From an uncultured Candidatus Saccharibacteria bacterium (lineage in GTDB: Bacteria > Patescibacteriota > Minisyncoccia > Minisyncoccales > CAZUZH01): a DNA stretch of 64,000 bases. The stretch covers positions 1,090-65,089 of the forward strand of contig CAZUZH010000001.1 in NCBI GenBank assembly GCA_964624815.1, given 5' to 3'. This document shows positions 28,375-38,238 of this stretch, piece by piece (position 1 is the stretch's first letter; every line of letters starts with the position of its first letter). A program made the position numbers and the translations under genes. The notes below the pieces were generated by a model. It did not search any database. It saw only the letters and a program-made list of their open reading frames with translations, and was not told where the DNA came from.

Positions 28375-29121
28375 GTGGCTATTCACTACCGTACCAAAGG
28401 AATTATCTTAAAGAAAGAGGAACGAGGGGAGGCCGATTTTTTATTTACCATTTATACCAAGGATTTCGGCAAGCTGGATATTTTGGGAAAGGCAATCAGA
28501 AAAATTAAATCAAAGCTGCGAGCTGGAGCACGGGATTTTTGTTTAAGCGAAATAGAGTTTATTCAAGGAAAAACTTATAAAACTTTAACCGATGCCATTT
28601 TAATAGAGGAATTTAAAAATTTAAAAACAGATTTAAGGAAATTAAAAATTACTTATGAAATCACTAAAATTTTAGATAATTTAGTCAGCGGTCAAGAAAA
28701 AGACGAAAATATTTGGAATTTACTAATTGAAACTTTCCAGAGATTAAACAGCAGTCAATTGTCAATCATTAATTGTCAATTGTTATATTATTATGTTTTT
28801 CTATACAACCTCTTTTCTTTTTTAGGATATCAGCCCCAGCTTTACAATTGCGTTTTGTGCGGCAAAAAATTAGAGATAGAGAAACTTTATTGGAGCCCAG
28901 AAGAGGGCGGGGTTGTTTGTAAAAAGTGTTTTAATAACATAGATGAAAAATCAAAACTTCAAAAAATAGATGTTGAGATAATTAAGATTTTACGGCTTTT
29001 ACTTCAAAAAGACTGGCAGACAATAAGTAAATTAAAATTATCACCCATTCATTTAGAAAAATTAAAAAGCATTTCTGATGATTATCTTTTACATATTTCT
29101 GGCAACATTCACCCAAATTAG
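28375..29121 (+). CDS. recO: DNA repair protein RecO
   Basis: GEAD...IYTKDFGKL..KAIRK..SKL and C-terminal CxxC..CxxC; GTG start inferred. Confidence 0.92.
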   Translation: MAIHYRTKGIILKKEERGEADFLFTIYTKDFGKLDILGKAIRKIKSKLRAGARDFCLSEIEFIQGKTYKTLTDAILIEEFKNLKTDLRKLKITYEITKILDNLVSGQEKDENIWNLLIETFQRLNSSQLSIINCQLLYYYVFLYNLFSFLGYQPQLYNCVLCGKKLEIEKLYWSPEEGGVVCKKCFNNIDEKSKLQKIDVEIIKILRLLLQKDWQTISKLKLSPIHLEKLKSISDDYLLHISGNIHPN

Positions 29122-29164
29122 GCGTGAGGGTTGACATAACCTTATATAATTGATAGATTAAATA

Positions 29165-29265
29165 AAGAAACATTTCGTTCTTTATATACTGCCTGATTGA
29201 GCTCCCCTTTCCAGTGACCCCTGTCACATTTTACCCCCCCCCGGCTCAATCAGGCAGCCTTTTTT
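29165..29265 (+). ncRNA. Putative sRNA with C-rich loops
   Basis: TTGACA(29131)-17-TAGATT promoter; 14-bp stem CTGCCTGATTGAGC/GCTCAATCAGGCAG followed by a T-tract. Confidence 0.55.
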
Positions 29266-29296
29266 ATTTTTGAGAAATGTGTATAATAAAATTAGT

Positions 29297-30964
29297 ATGA
29301 GCTTTGGAAAATTCTTAACCATCTTTATAATATTTTCAACTGTTATTTTAGGGATAGCCGGTTTTTGGTATTACCAGAAAAACATTTATTCAAAGGAAAT
29401 TCTAAAGCTGGAAATTATTGGCCCGGAAAGAGCTGAGGCTGGAGATGAGGTTGAATATACAATAAAGTATAAAAATAATGGCAATGTTAGACTTGAAGAG
29501 GCCCGACTTATTTTTGAGTTTCCCAAAAATTCTATTCCTATCAGTGAAGAATCTACTTGGATAGAGAGAGATTTAGATGATATTTATCCAGGAGAGGAGA
29601 AAACTCTAAGGCTCAGGGCAAGAGTTTTAGGCAAGGAAAAAGAAATAAAAACAGCCCGGGCTCTTTTAACTTACAGGCCGAAAAATCTTAATGCTTTTTA
29701 TGATTCAGAAACTACTTTTACCACTGTAATTGAATTCGTTCCCTTGACTTTTGAGTGGGATTTCCCATCTAAAATTGAGCCGGACAAAGACTTTCGTTTT
29801 AGAATAAACTACTTTTCTAATATTGATTACCCTCTTTCAGATTTAAGATGTATAGTTGATTATCCTGATGATTTTGAGTTTATTAGCTCTATTCCGAGAG
29901 CTTTGAATCAAACAGAATGGGAAGTCGAGCTTTTAAATAAAGCTGACGGAGGGAGAATTGAAATCACTGGCAGTCTTTCGGCAATGGCTGGCGACCAGAA
30001 AATATTCCGTGCTCGTTTAGGCATTTGGCAGAAAGGAGAATTTGTCTTATTAAAGGAAATAGCCAAGGGAATGGAAATTGTCCAACCCTCTTTATATCTT
30101 TCTCAAATGATTAACGGCAAATCTCAACCTACCGCTAATCCAGGAGAACTGCTTCGTTATGAAGTTTTCTTTAAAAATATCGGAGAACAACCGCTTACAA
30201 ACTTGTTTTTAATAGCAAAATTAGAAGGAGATGTTTTGGATTTTGAAAGCTTAAGGTCTGAAACTGGAGAATTTAATTCGGGGGACAATTCAATCATCTG
30301 GGACTGGAAAAGGGTTCCACAGCTTCAGTTTTTAGACGCACAGCAGGAAGGTTTTGTCGAATTTTGGATTAAGGTGAAAGAAGATTGGCAGATTTCTGAA
30401 ACTAAAGGAAAAAATACAAGCATTACGAACAAGATTTTTTTAAGCAAGGTTCAGCAGGAATTTATAACGAAAATCAATTCAAAACTTGAAATTTCCCAGA
30501 AAGCATATTTTGAAAATGAAGTTTTTGAAAATTCTGGTCCGTTGCCGCCGCAAGCCGGACAAAGCACAAAGTACGTTGTTATTTGGGAAGTTAAGAATTA
30601 TTTCAATGATACGACTAATGTAAAAGTAAAAGCAGTTTTACCAAATCAAGTTCGATTAACTGGCGAAATTTTCCCAAAAGAAGCAAACCTTACTTTTGAT
30701 TCTCAAAGCAGGGAGATAGTTTGGGATGTTGGAGATGTTGAGGCTGGAGCAGGAGTTGATAAACCTCATCCAAATATTGCTTTTCAAATTTCCTTAACGC
30801 CGAATACATCTCAATCAGGCAAAATAGTTGATTTAATAAGCAATGCAGTAATTTTAGGACAAGATGTCTGGACAGAAAGTTCTTTGGAAAATGGTGATGG
30901 AAAAATTGATACTACCCTGCCGAACGATGACAGCATAAGTGACGCAATGGGAAGAGTGCAGTAG
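29297..30964 (+). CDS. Membrane-anchored multi-Ig-like (DUF11-like) protein
   Basis: N-terminal TM; repeated Y.I.YKN.G / YEVFFKNIG beta-sandwich motifs. Confidence 0.75.
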   Translation: MSFGKFLTIFIIFSTVILGIAGFWYYQKNIYSKEILKLEIIGPERAEAGDEVEYTIKYKNNGNVRLEEARLIFEFPKNSIPISEESTWIERDLDDIYPGEEKTLRLRARVLGKEKEIKTARALLTYRPKNLNAFYDSETTFTTVIEFVPLTFEWDFPSKIEPDKDFRFRINYFSNIDYPLSDLRCIVDYPDDFEFISSIPRALNQTEWEVELLNKADGGRIEITGSLSAMAGDQKIFRARLGIWQKGEFVLLKEIAKGMEIVQPSLYLSQMINGKSQPTANPGELLRYEVFFKNIGEQPLTNLFLIAKLEGDVLDFESLRSETGEFNSGDNSIIWDWKRVPQLQFLDAQQEGFVEFWIKVKEDWQISETKGKNTSITNKIFLSKVQQEFITKINSKLEISQKAYFENEVFENSGPLPPQAGQSTKYVVIWEVKNYFNDTTNVKVKAVLPNQVRLTGEIFPKEANLTFDSQSREIVWDVGDVEAGAGVDKPHPNIAFQISLTPNTSQSGKIVDLISNAVILGQDVWTESSLENGDGKIDTTLPNDDSISDAMGRVQ

Positions 30965-31112
30965 ACTTAAGAAACCAGAAACAAAATGTCCTTTGTGAAA
31001 GATAATGAACATTTAATGTGACGGCTGTTTAGCGGCGTCACATTTTAAATTTTATCTACTCTTATTTTATCTGCGGCAGCTTGTGAAATAAGCGTAGATA
31101 GTATTTATATAT

Positions 31113-31240
31113 AAAAAAAGCGGCAGCAAAAGAAAGTAAAAGGTCCAATAGCCGTGTGGAAGCTATGTGACCCTTGGGGGGGTGATACGGTCCGGGGGAC
31201 GGATTTTGTATCAATCTTTCTTTTGCTGCCATTATATTCT
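31113..31240 (-). ncRNA. Putative sRNA with an AUCACCCCCCC loop
   Basis: Minus-strand TTGACA(31275-31270)-17-TAAAAT; 15-bp stem GGCAGCAAAAGAAAG; T7 tract. Confidence 0.6.
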
Positions 31241-31306
31241 AATTATATTTTATCATTCATCAAAATGGTTGTCAATACCTTTTTAAAGTATTATACTTAA
31301 TGTAAT

Positions 31307-32740
31307 ATGAGTAAAGAACAAAATAAAAATAAAGATTTAATGGAAAAAATTGTATCTCTTGCCAAAAGGCGGGGCTTTGTTTTCCTTTCGTCAGAAATTT
31401 ACGGCGGTTTTTCAAGCTCCTATGATTATGGACCATTAGGAGTTGAACTAAAAAATAATATCAAGCATGCATGGTGGAAAACAATGGTAAGAGAACAAAA
31501 GAACATTGTTGGATTAGATTCGGCAATTTTAATGTCGCCGAAAATATGGAAAGCTTCAGGTCATTTAACAGCTGGTTTTGCCGATGAGTTAGTTGAATGC
31601 AAAAAATGCCATAAACGATTTCGAAAAGACGAAATTGAAAAATTCCCGCTTTCGCTAAGGCTTCGGCGGGCAAGCAAAATCCAAAATCAAAATGTCAAAT
31701 CGAGTCCAAAATCCAAAATTCAAAACCTAAAGTGTCCGGAGTGCGGAGGCGAGCTTACAAAAGAAAAGAAATTCAACTTGATGATGAAAACTTTTGTAGG
31801 ACCAGTAGAAGATGAAGCGGCAGTAACATACTTAAGAGCAGAAACTTGTCAGGGAATTTATATGAATTATAAGAATGTTCTTAATTCAATGAGAATGAAA
31901 ATTCCTTTTGGTATTGCCCAGATTGGAAAAGCCTTTCGTAATGAGATTACTCCCGGAAACTTTACTTATAGAACTAGAGAATTTGAGCAGATGGAGATGC
32001 AATTTTTTATAAATTCAAAAGAGTCCCCAAAATGGTTTGATTATTGGAAAAAAGAAAGAATGAAATGGTATTTGGATTTGGGAATTAAAAAAGAAAATTT
32101 AAGATTTAGGGAGCATAAAAAAAATGAACTGGCTCATTATGCTAAAAGAGCAGTTGACATTGAATACAAATTTCCCTGGGGCTGGAAAGAGATCGAAGGA
32201 ATTCATGACCGTGGGGATTGGGATTTATCAAATCACTCAAAGCACAGCGGTAATGATCTAAGTTATTTCGACGAGAATACAAAGAAAAAATATACTCCTC
32301 ATGTTATTGAAACTTCTGCAGGAGCTGACCGCAGTACTTTGGTTCTCTTGGTTGATGCTTATTCTGAAATAAAAGGAGGTAGAACAGCTACTACTAAGTC
32401 GGCCAAAGAAATAGAAGTGGTTTTGAAATTTCATCCAAGCTTATGTCCTTTGAAAGTTGCAGTTCTGCCTTTGGTGAAAAACAAACCCGAATTAGTTAAA
32501 AAAGCTAAACAAGTTTATAAGCTCTTGCAGCCTCACTTTATGTGCCAATATGATGAAGTCGGATCTATTGGCAGGCGTTACCGCCGCCAAGACGAAGTAG
32601 GAACCTTATGGTGTATTACGATAGATTTCGAAAGTTTGGAAAAAGATGATGTAACTATCAGAGATCGCGACAGCATGAAACAAGAACGAGTAAAGATTAA
32701 TGAACTAATTGAGGTAATCAATCAAAAATTTAATGTTTAA
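31307..32740 (+). CDS. glyQS: Glycine--tRNA ligase (alpha2 type)
   Basis: YDYGPLG, YLRAETCQG, FRNEITP, REFEQME, SIGRRYRRQDE. Confidence 0.97.
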   Translation: MSKEQNKNKDLMEKIVSLAKRRGFVFLSSEIYGGFSSSYDYGPLGVELKNNIKHAWWKTMVREQKNIVGLDSAILMSPKIWKASGHLTAGFADELVECKKCHKRFRKDEIEKFPLSLRLRRASKIQNQNVKSSPKSKIQNLKCPECGGELTKEKKFNLMMKTFVGPVEDEAAVTYLRAETCQGIYMNYKNVLNSMRMKIPFGIAQIGKAFRNEITPGNFTYRTREFEQMEMQFFINSKESPKWFDYWKKERMKWYLDLGIKKENLRFREHKKNELAHYAKRAVDIEYKFPWGWKEIEGIHDRGDWDLSNHSKHSGNDLSYFDENTKKKYTPHVIETSAGADRSTLVLLVDAYSEIKGGRTATTKSAKEIEVVLKFHPSLCPLKVAVLPLVKNKPELVKKAKQVYKLLQPHFMCQYDEVGSIGRRYRRQDEVGTLWCITIDFESLEKDDVTIRDRDSMKQERVKINELIEVINQKFNV

Positions 32741-33998
32741 AAAAACAACTTTAAAAAACGGGTTGCGGATTATTACTGTTCCACAGAGAAATACAAGGAC
32801 AGTAACAACTTTGATTTTGGTCGGGACCGGCTCTAAATACGAAACTAAGGAAATAAACGGTATTTCTCATTTTTTAGAACATATGTTTTTTAAAGGGACG
32901 AAGAAAAGGCCTAGTAAAATGGCTATCAGTGAGATTCTTGACGGAGTTGGAGGGGATTATAATGCTTTCACCGGAGAAGAATATACTGGCTACTACGCTA
33001 AAGTTGAAAAATCTCATTTTGATTTAGCATTGGACGTAATCTCTGATATTTTTTTAAACTCAAAATTAGAAGAAAAAGAAATAAAAAAAGAAAAAGGAGT
33101 GATTATTGAAGAGATTAATATGTATCGAGATCATCCTTCGCGCTATATTCAGACTTTGTGGACAAAGCTTTTATATGGAGATCAGCCGGCCGGATGGGAT
33201 ATTGCCGGCACCAAAAAGACAGTATCTGCCGTTAATCATCAAAAATTAGCTAATTATATGAAAAACCAGTATGTGGCGGAAAATACAGTTATTTGCGTTG
33301 CTGGTAATATAAATCAAAAATCAGCAATAGAGAAAGTTAAAAAACAATTTCAAGGAATAAATATCACTAAGCCAATTGAAAAACTGAATGTTATTGAAAA
33401 ACAAATAAAACCGGCCTGCCTTTTGGATTATAAAAAAACAGACCAGGTCCATCTTTATCTTGGAGTAAGGGGTTATAACATTTTTCATCCCCAAAAATAT
33501 ACACAAGATCTTTTGGGAGTAATTTTAGGAGGAATGATGAGTTCCAGGTTGTTTATTAAAGTGCGAGAAAGATTGGGAGCAGCCTATTATATCAAGACGG
33601 ATGTTAGTGCTGATACTGATACTGGATATTTTGCAACATGCGCTGGTGTAGCAAATAAATTAGTCGAGAAATCTATTAAGGGAATTTTAGAGGAGTACAA
33701 AAAAATCTCTATAGAAAAAGTTTCTCCCAAAGAATTAAAAAAAGCTAAAGACTTTATTAAGGGGAAAACAGCTTTATCTCTTGAGTCCTCTGATGCCCAG
33801 GCTTCATTTTACAGCTTACAAGAGCTTTTGAAAAATGAAATTTTAAGCCCGGAGGAAATTCTTAAAAAGATTGACAGGGTAAAAGCCAATGATATTTTAA
33901 AAATTGCCAAAAACCTTTTTCAGGAACGGAAGCTGAATTTAGCATTGATAGGACCGTTTAAAAATAAAGAAAAGTTTCAGCAGTTGCTGAAACTATAA
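32733..33998 (+). CDS. M16 (pitrilysin) family zinc peptidase
   Basis: HFLEH inverted zinc motif, NAFT, LGGMMSSRLF. Confidence 0.95.
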   Translation: MFKKTTLKNGLRIITVPQRNTRTVTTLILVGTGSKYETKEINGISHFLEHMFFKGTKKRPSKMAISEILDGVGGDYNAFTGEEYTGYYAKVEKSHFDLALDVISDIFLNSKLEEKEIKKEKGVIIEEINMYRDHPSRYIQTLWTKLLYGDQPAGWDIAGTKKTVSAVNHQKLANYMKNQYVAENTVICVAGNINQKSAIEKVKKQFQGINITKPIEKLNVIEKQIKPACLLDYKKTDQVHLYLGVRGYNIFHPQKYTQDLLGVILGGMMSSRLFIKVRERLGAAYYIKTDVSADTDTGYFATCAGVANKLVEKSIKGILEEYKKISIEKVSPKELKKAKDFIKGKTALSLESSDAQASFYSLQELLKNEILSPEEILKKIDRVKANDILKIAKNLFQERKLNLALIGPFKNKEKFQQLLKL

Positions 33999-34002
33999 TT
34001 TT

Positions 34003-35079
34003 ATGAACAATGAAAAACTATTAGACATAACATGGAAAACGATTATTAAAATTGCTATTACTGTTGTTTGTCTTTATGTTCTTTTTTCAATCAAAGAGAT
34101 TATTATTTGGTTTGTTTTTGCATTGATAATTTCCATTTTATTTAATCCGATTATTGATTTTTTTCAGAAATTCAAAATTCCAAGAGCTTTAGCGGTAATT
34201 TTTGTTTATCTTGGGATTTTTGGAATAATAAGTATGTCTGTTTATTCTATTGTTCCTATGTTTTCTGAGGAAATTCAGCAATTTTCAGAAAACTTACCCG
34301 AATATTTTGAGAAAATAATTCCTTCTTTGAAAAATTTAAAAATTCAGGGCTTTGACAGTGCTGAACAATTTATGGTAGAGATAAACAGTGTTTTGGAGAA
34401 AATGGCTTCCAATGTTTTTAATACCCTCTTTGTTATTTTTGGAGGAATCTTTTCAACTCTTTTTGTAATTACATTAGCTATTTTTCTTTCTTTGGAGAAA
34501 AAATCAGTTCAGGAAGGTTTTGCCCTTTTTTTCCCAAAAGAACACGAATCTACTGCTTTGAGCATTTGGAAAAAAACCCAGAAAAGAGTCAACCTCTGGT
34601 TTTTAACCAGGGTAATAGCCTGTTTATTTGTTGGATTAGCCTCCTTGCTTACTTTTTTGATATTTCAAATAAAATACCCTTTTTTCTTAGCTTTTCTTGC
34701 TGCTATATTTAATTTTGTTCCTATAATAGGGCCAATTGTTATTGGCATTATTATTTTTATTATTGTCGCCTTAAGTTCTTTTACTAAAGCCCTGTTTATA
34801 GTCGGAGCATTTATTATTATTCAGCAGTTGGAAGGTAATTTTATTACACCAGCTGTATCTAAAAAAATAATTGGAATTTCACCAGCCCTGGTTTTGATTG
34901 CTTTGGTTGTAGGCGCCAAGATGTGGGGATTCTTAGGAGCAGTTTTGGCAGTTCCTTTATTTGCTATTGTATTCGGTTTTTTAAAGGATTTTTTGAAAAA
35001 GAGGAAAGAGAGTAGAGACGTGGCTGCCCCGCTCGTAAAAGAATCACTCCAAGAGGGTTATAAATTAATTGATGATTGA
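34003..35079 (+). CDS. AI-2E family transporter
   Basis: FVPIIGP, QQLEGNFITP, GFLGAVLAVP. Confidence 0.92.
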   Translation: MNNEKLLDITWKTIIKIAITVVCLYVLFSIKEIIIWFVFALIISILFNPIIDFFQKFKIPRALAVIFVYLGIFGIISMSVYSIVPMFSEEIQQFSENLPEYFEKIIPSLKNLKIQGFDSAEQFMVEINSVLEKMASNVFNTLFVIFGGIFSTLFVITLAIFLSLEKKSVQEGFALFFPKEHESTALSIWKKTQKRVNLWFLTRVIACLFVGLASLLTFLIFQIKYPFFLAFLAAIFNFVPIIGPIVIGIIIFIIVALSSFTKALFIVGAFIIIQQLEGNFITPAVSKKIIGISPALVLIALVVGAKMWGFLGAVLAVPLFAIVFGFLKDFLKKRKESRDVAAPLVKESLQEGYKLIDD

Positions 35080-35087
35080 AAAATTCC

Positions 35088-35396
35088 ATGTCTATTCTCT
35101 TTATTGTCGCCACCCTTGTTGGGAGCTTAAAAGATATTTCAGAAAGAGCATTGGAAACCCTTAAAAGGGTTGATTTAATTTTGTGTGAAGATACCTTGTT
35201 TTTTTACGAATCTCCTTATAGAATTATTGAGAGCTTAAAATAGTTAGAAGATATGGATAAAAAGCTGGAGATAGTTGTTTATCGGGGAATGACCAAGAAG
35301 TTTGAAACAGTTTATAGAGGAAACATTAAGCAGGTTATTGGGGAAATAGAAGAACATCTATCAAAATGGGAGTTTGTGGTGATTGTTAGGAAATAA
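35088..35396 (+). pseudogene. rsmI: 16S rRNA C1402 2'-O-methyltransferase remnant (internal deletion plus nonsense codon)
   Basis: MSILFIVAT..G.LKDISERALETLKRVDLILCEDT fused directly to FYESPYRI; TAG at 35241; then RGMTKKFE...EFVVIV. Confidence 0.85.
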
Positions 35397-35512
35397 AAAA
35401 CAGCGGCAAGACCCTATAACCTCAAGCCACTGTCTAATCTTCCTTTTGGAAAAGGGCCTTGCCGCCTGTCTCTCCGTTAAGATCGTGGGGGGTGATCGCG
35501 GAGAGACCTGAT
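35395..35512 (-). ncRNA. Putative sRNA with a GAUCACCCCCC loop
   Basis: Minus-strand TTGACA(35546-35541)-16-TAAAAT; hairpin GTCTCTCCG/CGGAGAGAC; terminal stem GCGGCAAG/CTTGCCGC followed by a T-tract. Confidence 0.6.
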
Positions 35513-35582
35513 AATTTTATTTTATTCATTTCAAGAATATTGTCAAGTGAAGGATAAAATATTATACTAAAATCGTAAAATT

Positions 35583-37001
35583 ATGAAAAAGTTTTATATC
35601 ACAACGCCAATTTATTATGTTAATGATAAGGCCCATTGCGGCCATGCTTATACGACTATCGCAGCCGATGTTTTTGCTCGTTATCACCGTTTAATTGGAG
35701 ATAAAACATTTTTTTTAACTGGTCTGGACGAACATGGTCAAAAAGTTAGTCAGGCAGCTGAAAAATCCGGGAAATCTCCTCAAGGGTTTTGTGATAAGCA
35801 AGCAGAGAGTTTTAAAAAAGCTTGGCAGCAGTTAAATATCTCTAATAATGGTTTTTTGAGAACCACTGATAAGGAGCATGAGAAAGCTGTTCAAAAAGTT
35901 TTACAGATATTATGGGATAAAAAGTTTATTTACAAGGGTCAATATCAAGGCCTTTATTGCGTTGAGTGTGAGCAGTATAAGACAAAAAATCAGCTTATCA
36001 ATGGTAAATGTCCAGAGCATCAGAAGGAACCGGAAATAATGTCTGAAGAATGCTATTTTTTTAAATTGTCTCAATTTCAAAAGGAATTATTAGATAAAAT
36101 TATTAATAATATTTTTATTATTGAGCCCGAGAGCCGAAAAAATGAAATGATTAGCTTTTTTAAAAATGAAAAATTACAAGATGTGTCTATCTCTAGAAAA
36201 AATGTTCAATGGGGCATCTCTTTGCCATTTGACAAATCGCATACCTGTTATGTTTGGTTAGACGCTTTTTTGAACTACCTTACTGGTCTTTGTTGGGAGG
36301 GCGATAGTAAGAAATTACCTGATTTATGGCCGCCAGACGTTCAATTGATGGCTAAGGATATTTTAAGGGTACATTCAACGATTTGGCCGGGAATACTTCT
36401 GGCCTTAGGAATATCTTTGCCAAAAAAATTGTTTATTCACGGCTTTTTCACAATAAACGGGCAGAAAATGAGCAAGTCCTTAGGAAATGTTATTTGGCCC
36501 GAACAAATGGTTGATAAGTTTGGTGTTGACGGAACAAGGTATTTATTAATCTCTTCTTTATCTTATGGTAAAGACGGTGATATTTCCTGGCAAAAATTAA
36601 CTGAAAAATATAATGCTGATTTGGCTAATGGCTTGGGGAACTTGGTTGGTCGAGTGATTGGATTGAGCCAAAAAATTGGCCTTCAGCCAGTCACCGCGCC
36701 GAACGCCGCCGGCAAAATCCGGATTAAAGATCTGGATAAACTTTTTCAAGAATTTAAATTAAAAGAAATTTTAGACGAAGTTTGGAAACAGATTAATTGG
36801 GCGGATAAATTTATTGAAAAGAAAAAATTATGGGATTTAGTGAAAACAAACCCAGAACAAGCTAAAAAAGATTTATCAGAACTTTTAGGTTTGATTTCAG
36901 AAATTGGCAAAGCCATTACTCCTTTTTTGCCTGAAACTTCAGAAAAAATTTCTCAAATTTTAAAAACCGGAAAAATCCAAGCGCTTTTCCCAAGGGTTTA
37001 A
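35583..37001 (+). CDS. metG: Methionine--tRNA ligase
   Basis: FYITTPIYYVN, HCGH, YVWLDA, KMSKS. Confidence 0.97.
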   Translation: MKKFYITTPIYYVNDKAHCGHAYTTIAADVFARYHRLIGDKTFFLTGLDEHGQKVSQAAEKSGKSPQGFCDKQAESFKKAWQQLNISNNGFLRTTDKEHEKAVQKVLQILWDKKFIYKGQYQGLYCVECEQYKTKNQLINGKCPEHQKEPEIMSEECYFFKLSQFQKELLDKIINNIFIIEPESRKNEMISFFKNEKLQDVSISRKNVQWGISLPFDKSHTCYVWLDAFLNYLTGLCWEGDSKKLPDLWPPDVQLMAKDILRVHSTIWPGILLALGISLPKKLFIHGFFTINGQKMSKSLGNVIWPEQMVDKFGVDGTRYLLISSLSYGKDGDISWQKLTEKYNADLANGLGNLVGRVIGLSQKIGLQPVTAPNAAGKIRIKDLDKLFQEFKLKEILDEVWKQINWADKFIEKKKLWDLVKTNPEQAKKDLSELLGLISEIGKAITPFLPETSEKISQILKTGKIQALFPRV

Positions 37002-37097
37002 TTTACATTAAGATTAGTTGACAAAGATATTAACATAACCTAATATCCAAATTAGAAGAAATTAGTTCTTTTAATTTTGAAAAGGAGGATTGGGATT

Positions 37098-37319
37098 ATG
37101 ACATTAGACAACGAGGGAAAGAAAATAGAAGTTGATGACAGGGTCCGAATTAGAATGAAATCCGGATTTTCTAGATACGGATGGGTAAAAGAAGTTTTTG
37201 GCGATCGGGTGAGAGTTATGGCTGATGGCAATACCAATTTCTATTTAGCTATGCCTGAAAATGTCACGGTAATAAATCAACCTTGTTTAGAAAGACAAAA
37301 ACCCAATTCAAAAATCTGA
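37098..37319 (+). CDS. Small hypothetical protein, SH3/KOW-like beta pattern
   Basis: TTGACA-17-TAATAT promoter, AAAGGAGG SD, downstream terminator. Confidence 0.65.
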   Translation: MTLDNEGKKIEVDDRVRIRMKSGFSRYGWVKEVFGDRVRVMADGNTNFYLAMPENVTVINQPCLERQKPNSKI

Positions 37320-37510
37320 AAGGAAGGTTTTTGAACACGGTCACCGAAAAAATTAGGTGGCCTTTTTTATTTTTATACTTTTCTTGATTTTAACGAACAA
37401 AAAGAAAGGAATCAAATAAACAGTTGACATATTTTTTCTTTAGAGTAAGGTATAGGCAAAAGGAGAAACTGAACCTTGATAATTTAATTTCAAAAGACAG
37501 GAGGGAAAAA

Positions 37511-37837
37511 ATGACAGAAGAGGCAGCAGGATGCGAGGCCACGCAGGCTTTTACTGTTGGTATAGGGCCAATAAGTGCTGGAATGCAGGTTCAATATGAA
37601 CCATGTGAAGAGAAGAACTCCGGGTACAGATGTAAGGAGTGTGGCAAGCGTCTTTGCCATCTGCATGTAGTTATTATCGAAGGGGGTCCTGAGACCTTGC
37701 ACCCACACCCAATTCAAGGCGGAGGATGGTATTGGGAACGAGACACTTATGAGTATTGTAGAGATTGCTCGCCCGATGAAAGTCATCGAGATCCCCGCAA
37801 TTGGCCGATTCTCGTCAAAGACCCCATAAAAGAATAG
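37511..37837 (+). CDS. Small Cys/His-rich putative Zn-binding protein
   Basis: GGAGG SD; CKECGKRLCHLH and CRDC. Confidence 0.65.
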   Translation: MTEEAAGCEATQAFTVGIGPISAGMQVQYEPCEEKNSGYRCKECGKRLCHLHVVIIEGGPETLHPHPIQGGGWYWERDTYEYCRDCSPDESHRDPRNWPILVKDPIKE

Positions 37838-37888
37838 CAGAATGTTGGTATAAGAACCCAATTCAAAAATCTGAAAGGAGGGATTGTG

Positions 37889-38110
37889 ATGGCTAAAAAA
37901 AGGAAATATCTTGTAGGGATAAGACATCAATCCGATAAGTCCTTTTCAGCTGTAGCGAGGAATGGCATGCCGTTATTTGGTAGCGATGAAGATAGGGTTT
38001 TGATGACCAAGGAAGAAGTTGAAAGACTCCAAAAAGAATATCATGAATCCGATGCAATTAGGAAAAGGAAGACTGAGCTTATAGTTTTTCAACCAGTTGA
38101 TTCCGAATAG
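37889..38110 (+). CDS. Small hypothetical protein
   Basis: AAAGGAGG SD; followed by a terminator at about 38163-38197. Confidence 0.6.
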   Translation: MAKKRKYLVGIRHQSDKSFSAVARNGMPLFGSDEDRVLMTKEEVERLQKEYHESDAIRKRKTELIVFQPVDSE

Positions 38111-38238
38111 CAGGATAAAAATTGATATCGAAATAAAGAGATAACAACCTAAAACCCAAATGGGTCACCATGGACTATCTTCAGGGTGGCCTTTTTTATT
38201 TGCCTAAAATTAAAACTTCAGCTAAAATATAAACAGCA

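Noticed and set aside
35241-35243. Stop-codon readthrough or recoding in rsmI
   Set aside because: TAG terminates other genes here, and the gene also has a large deletion
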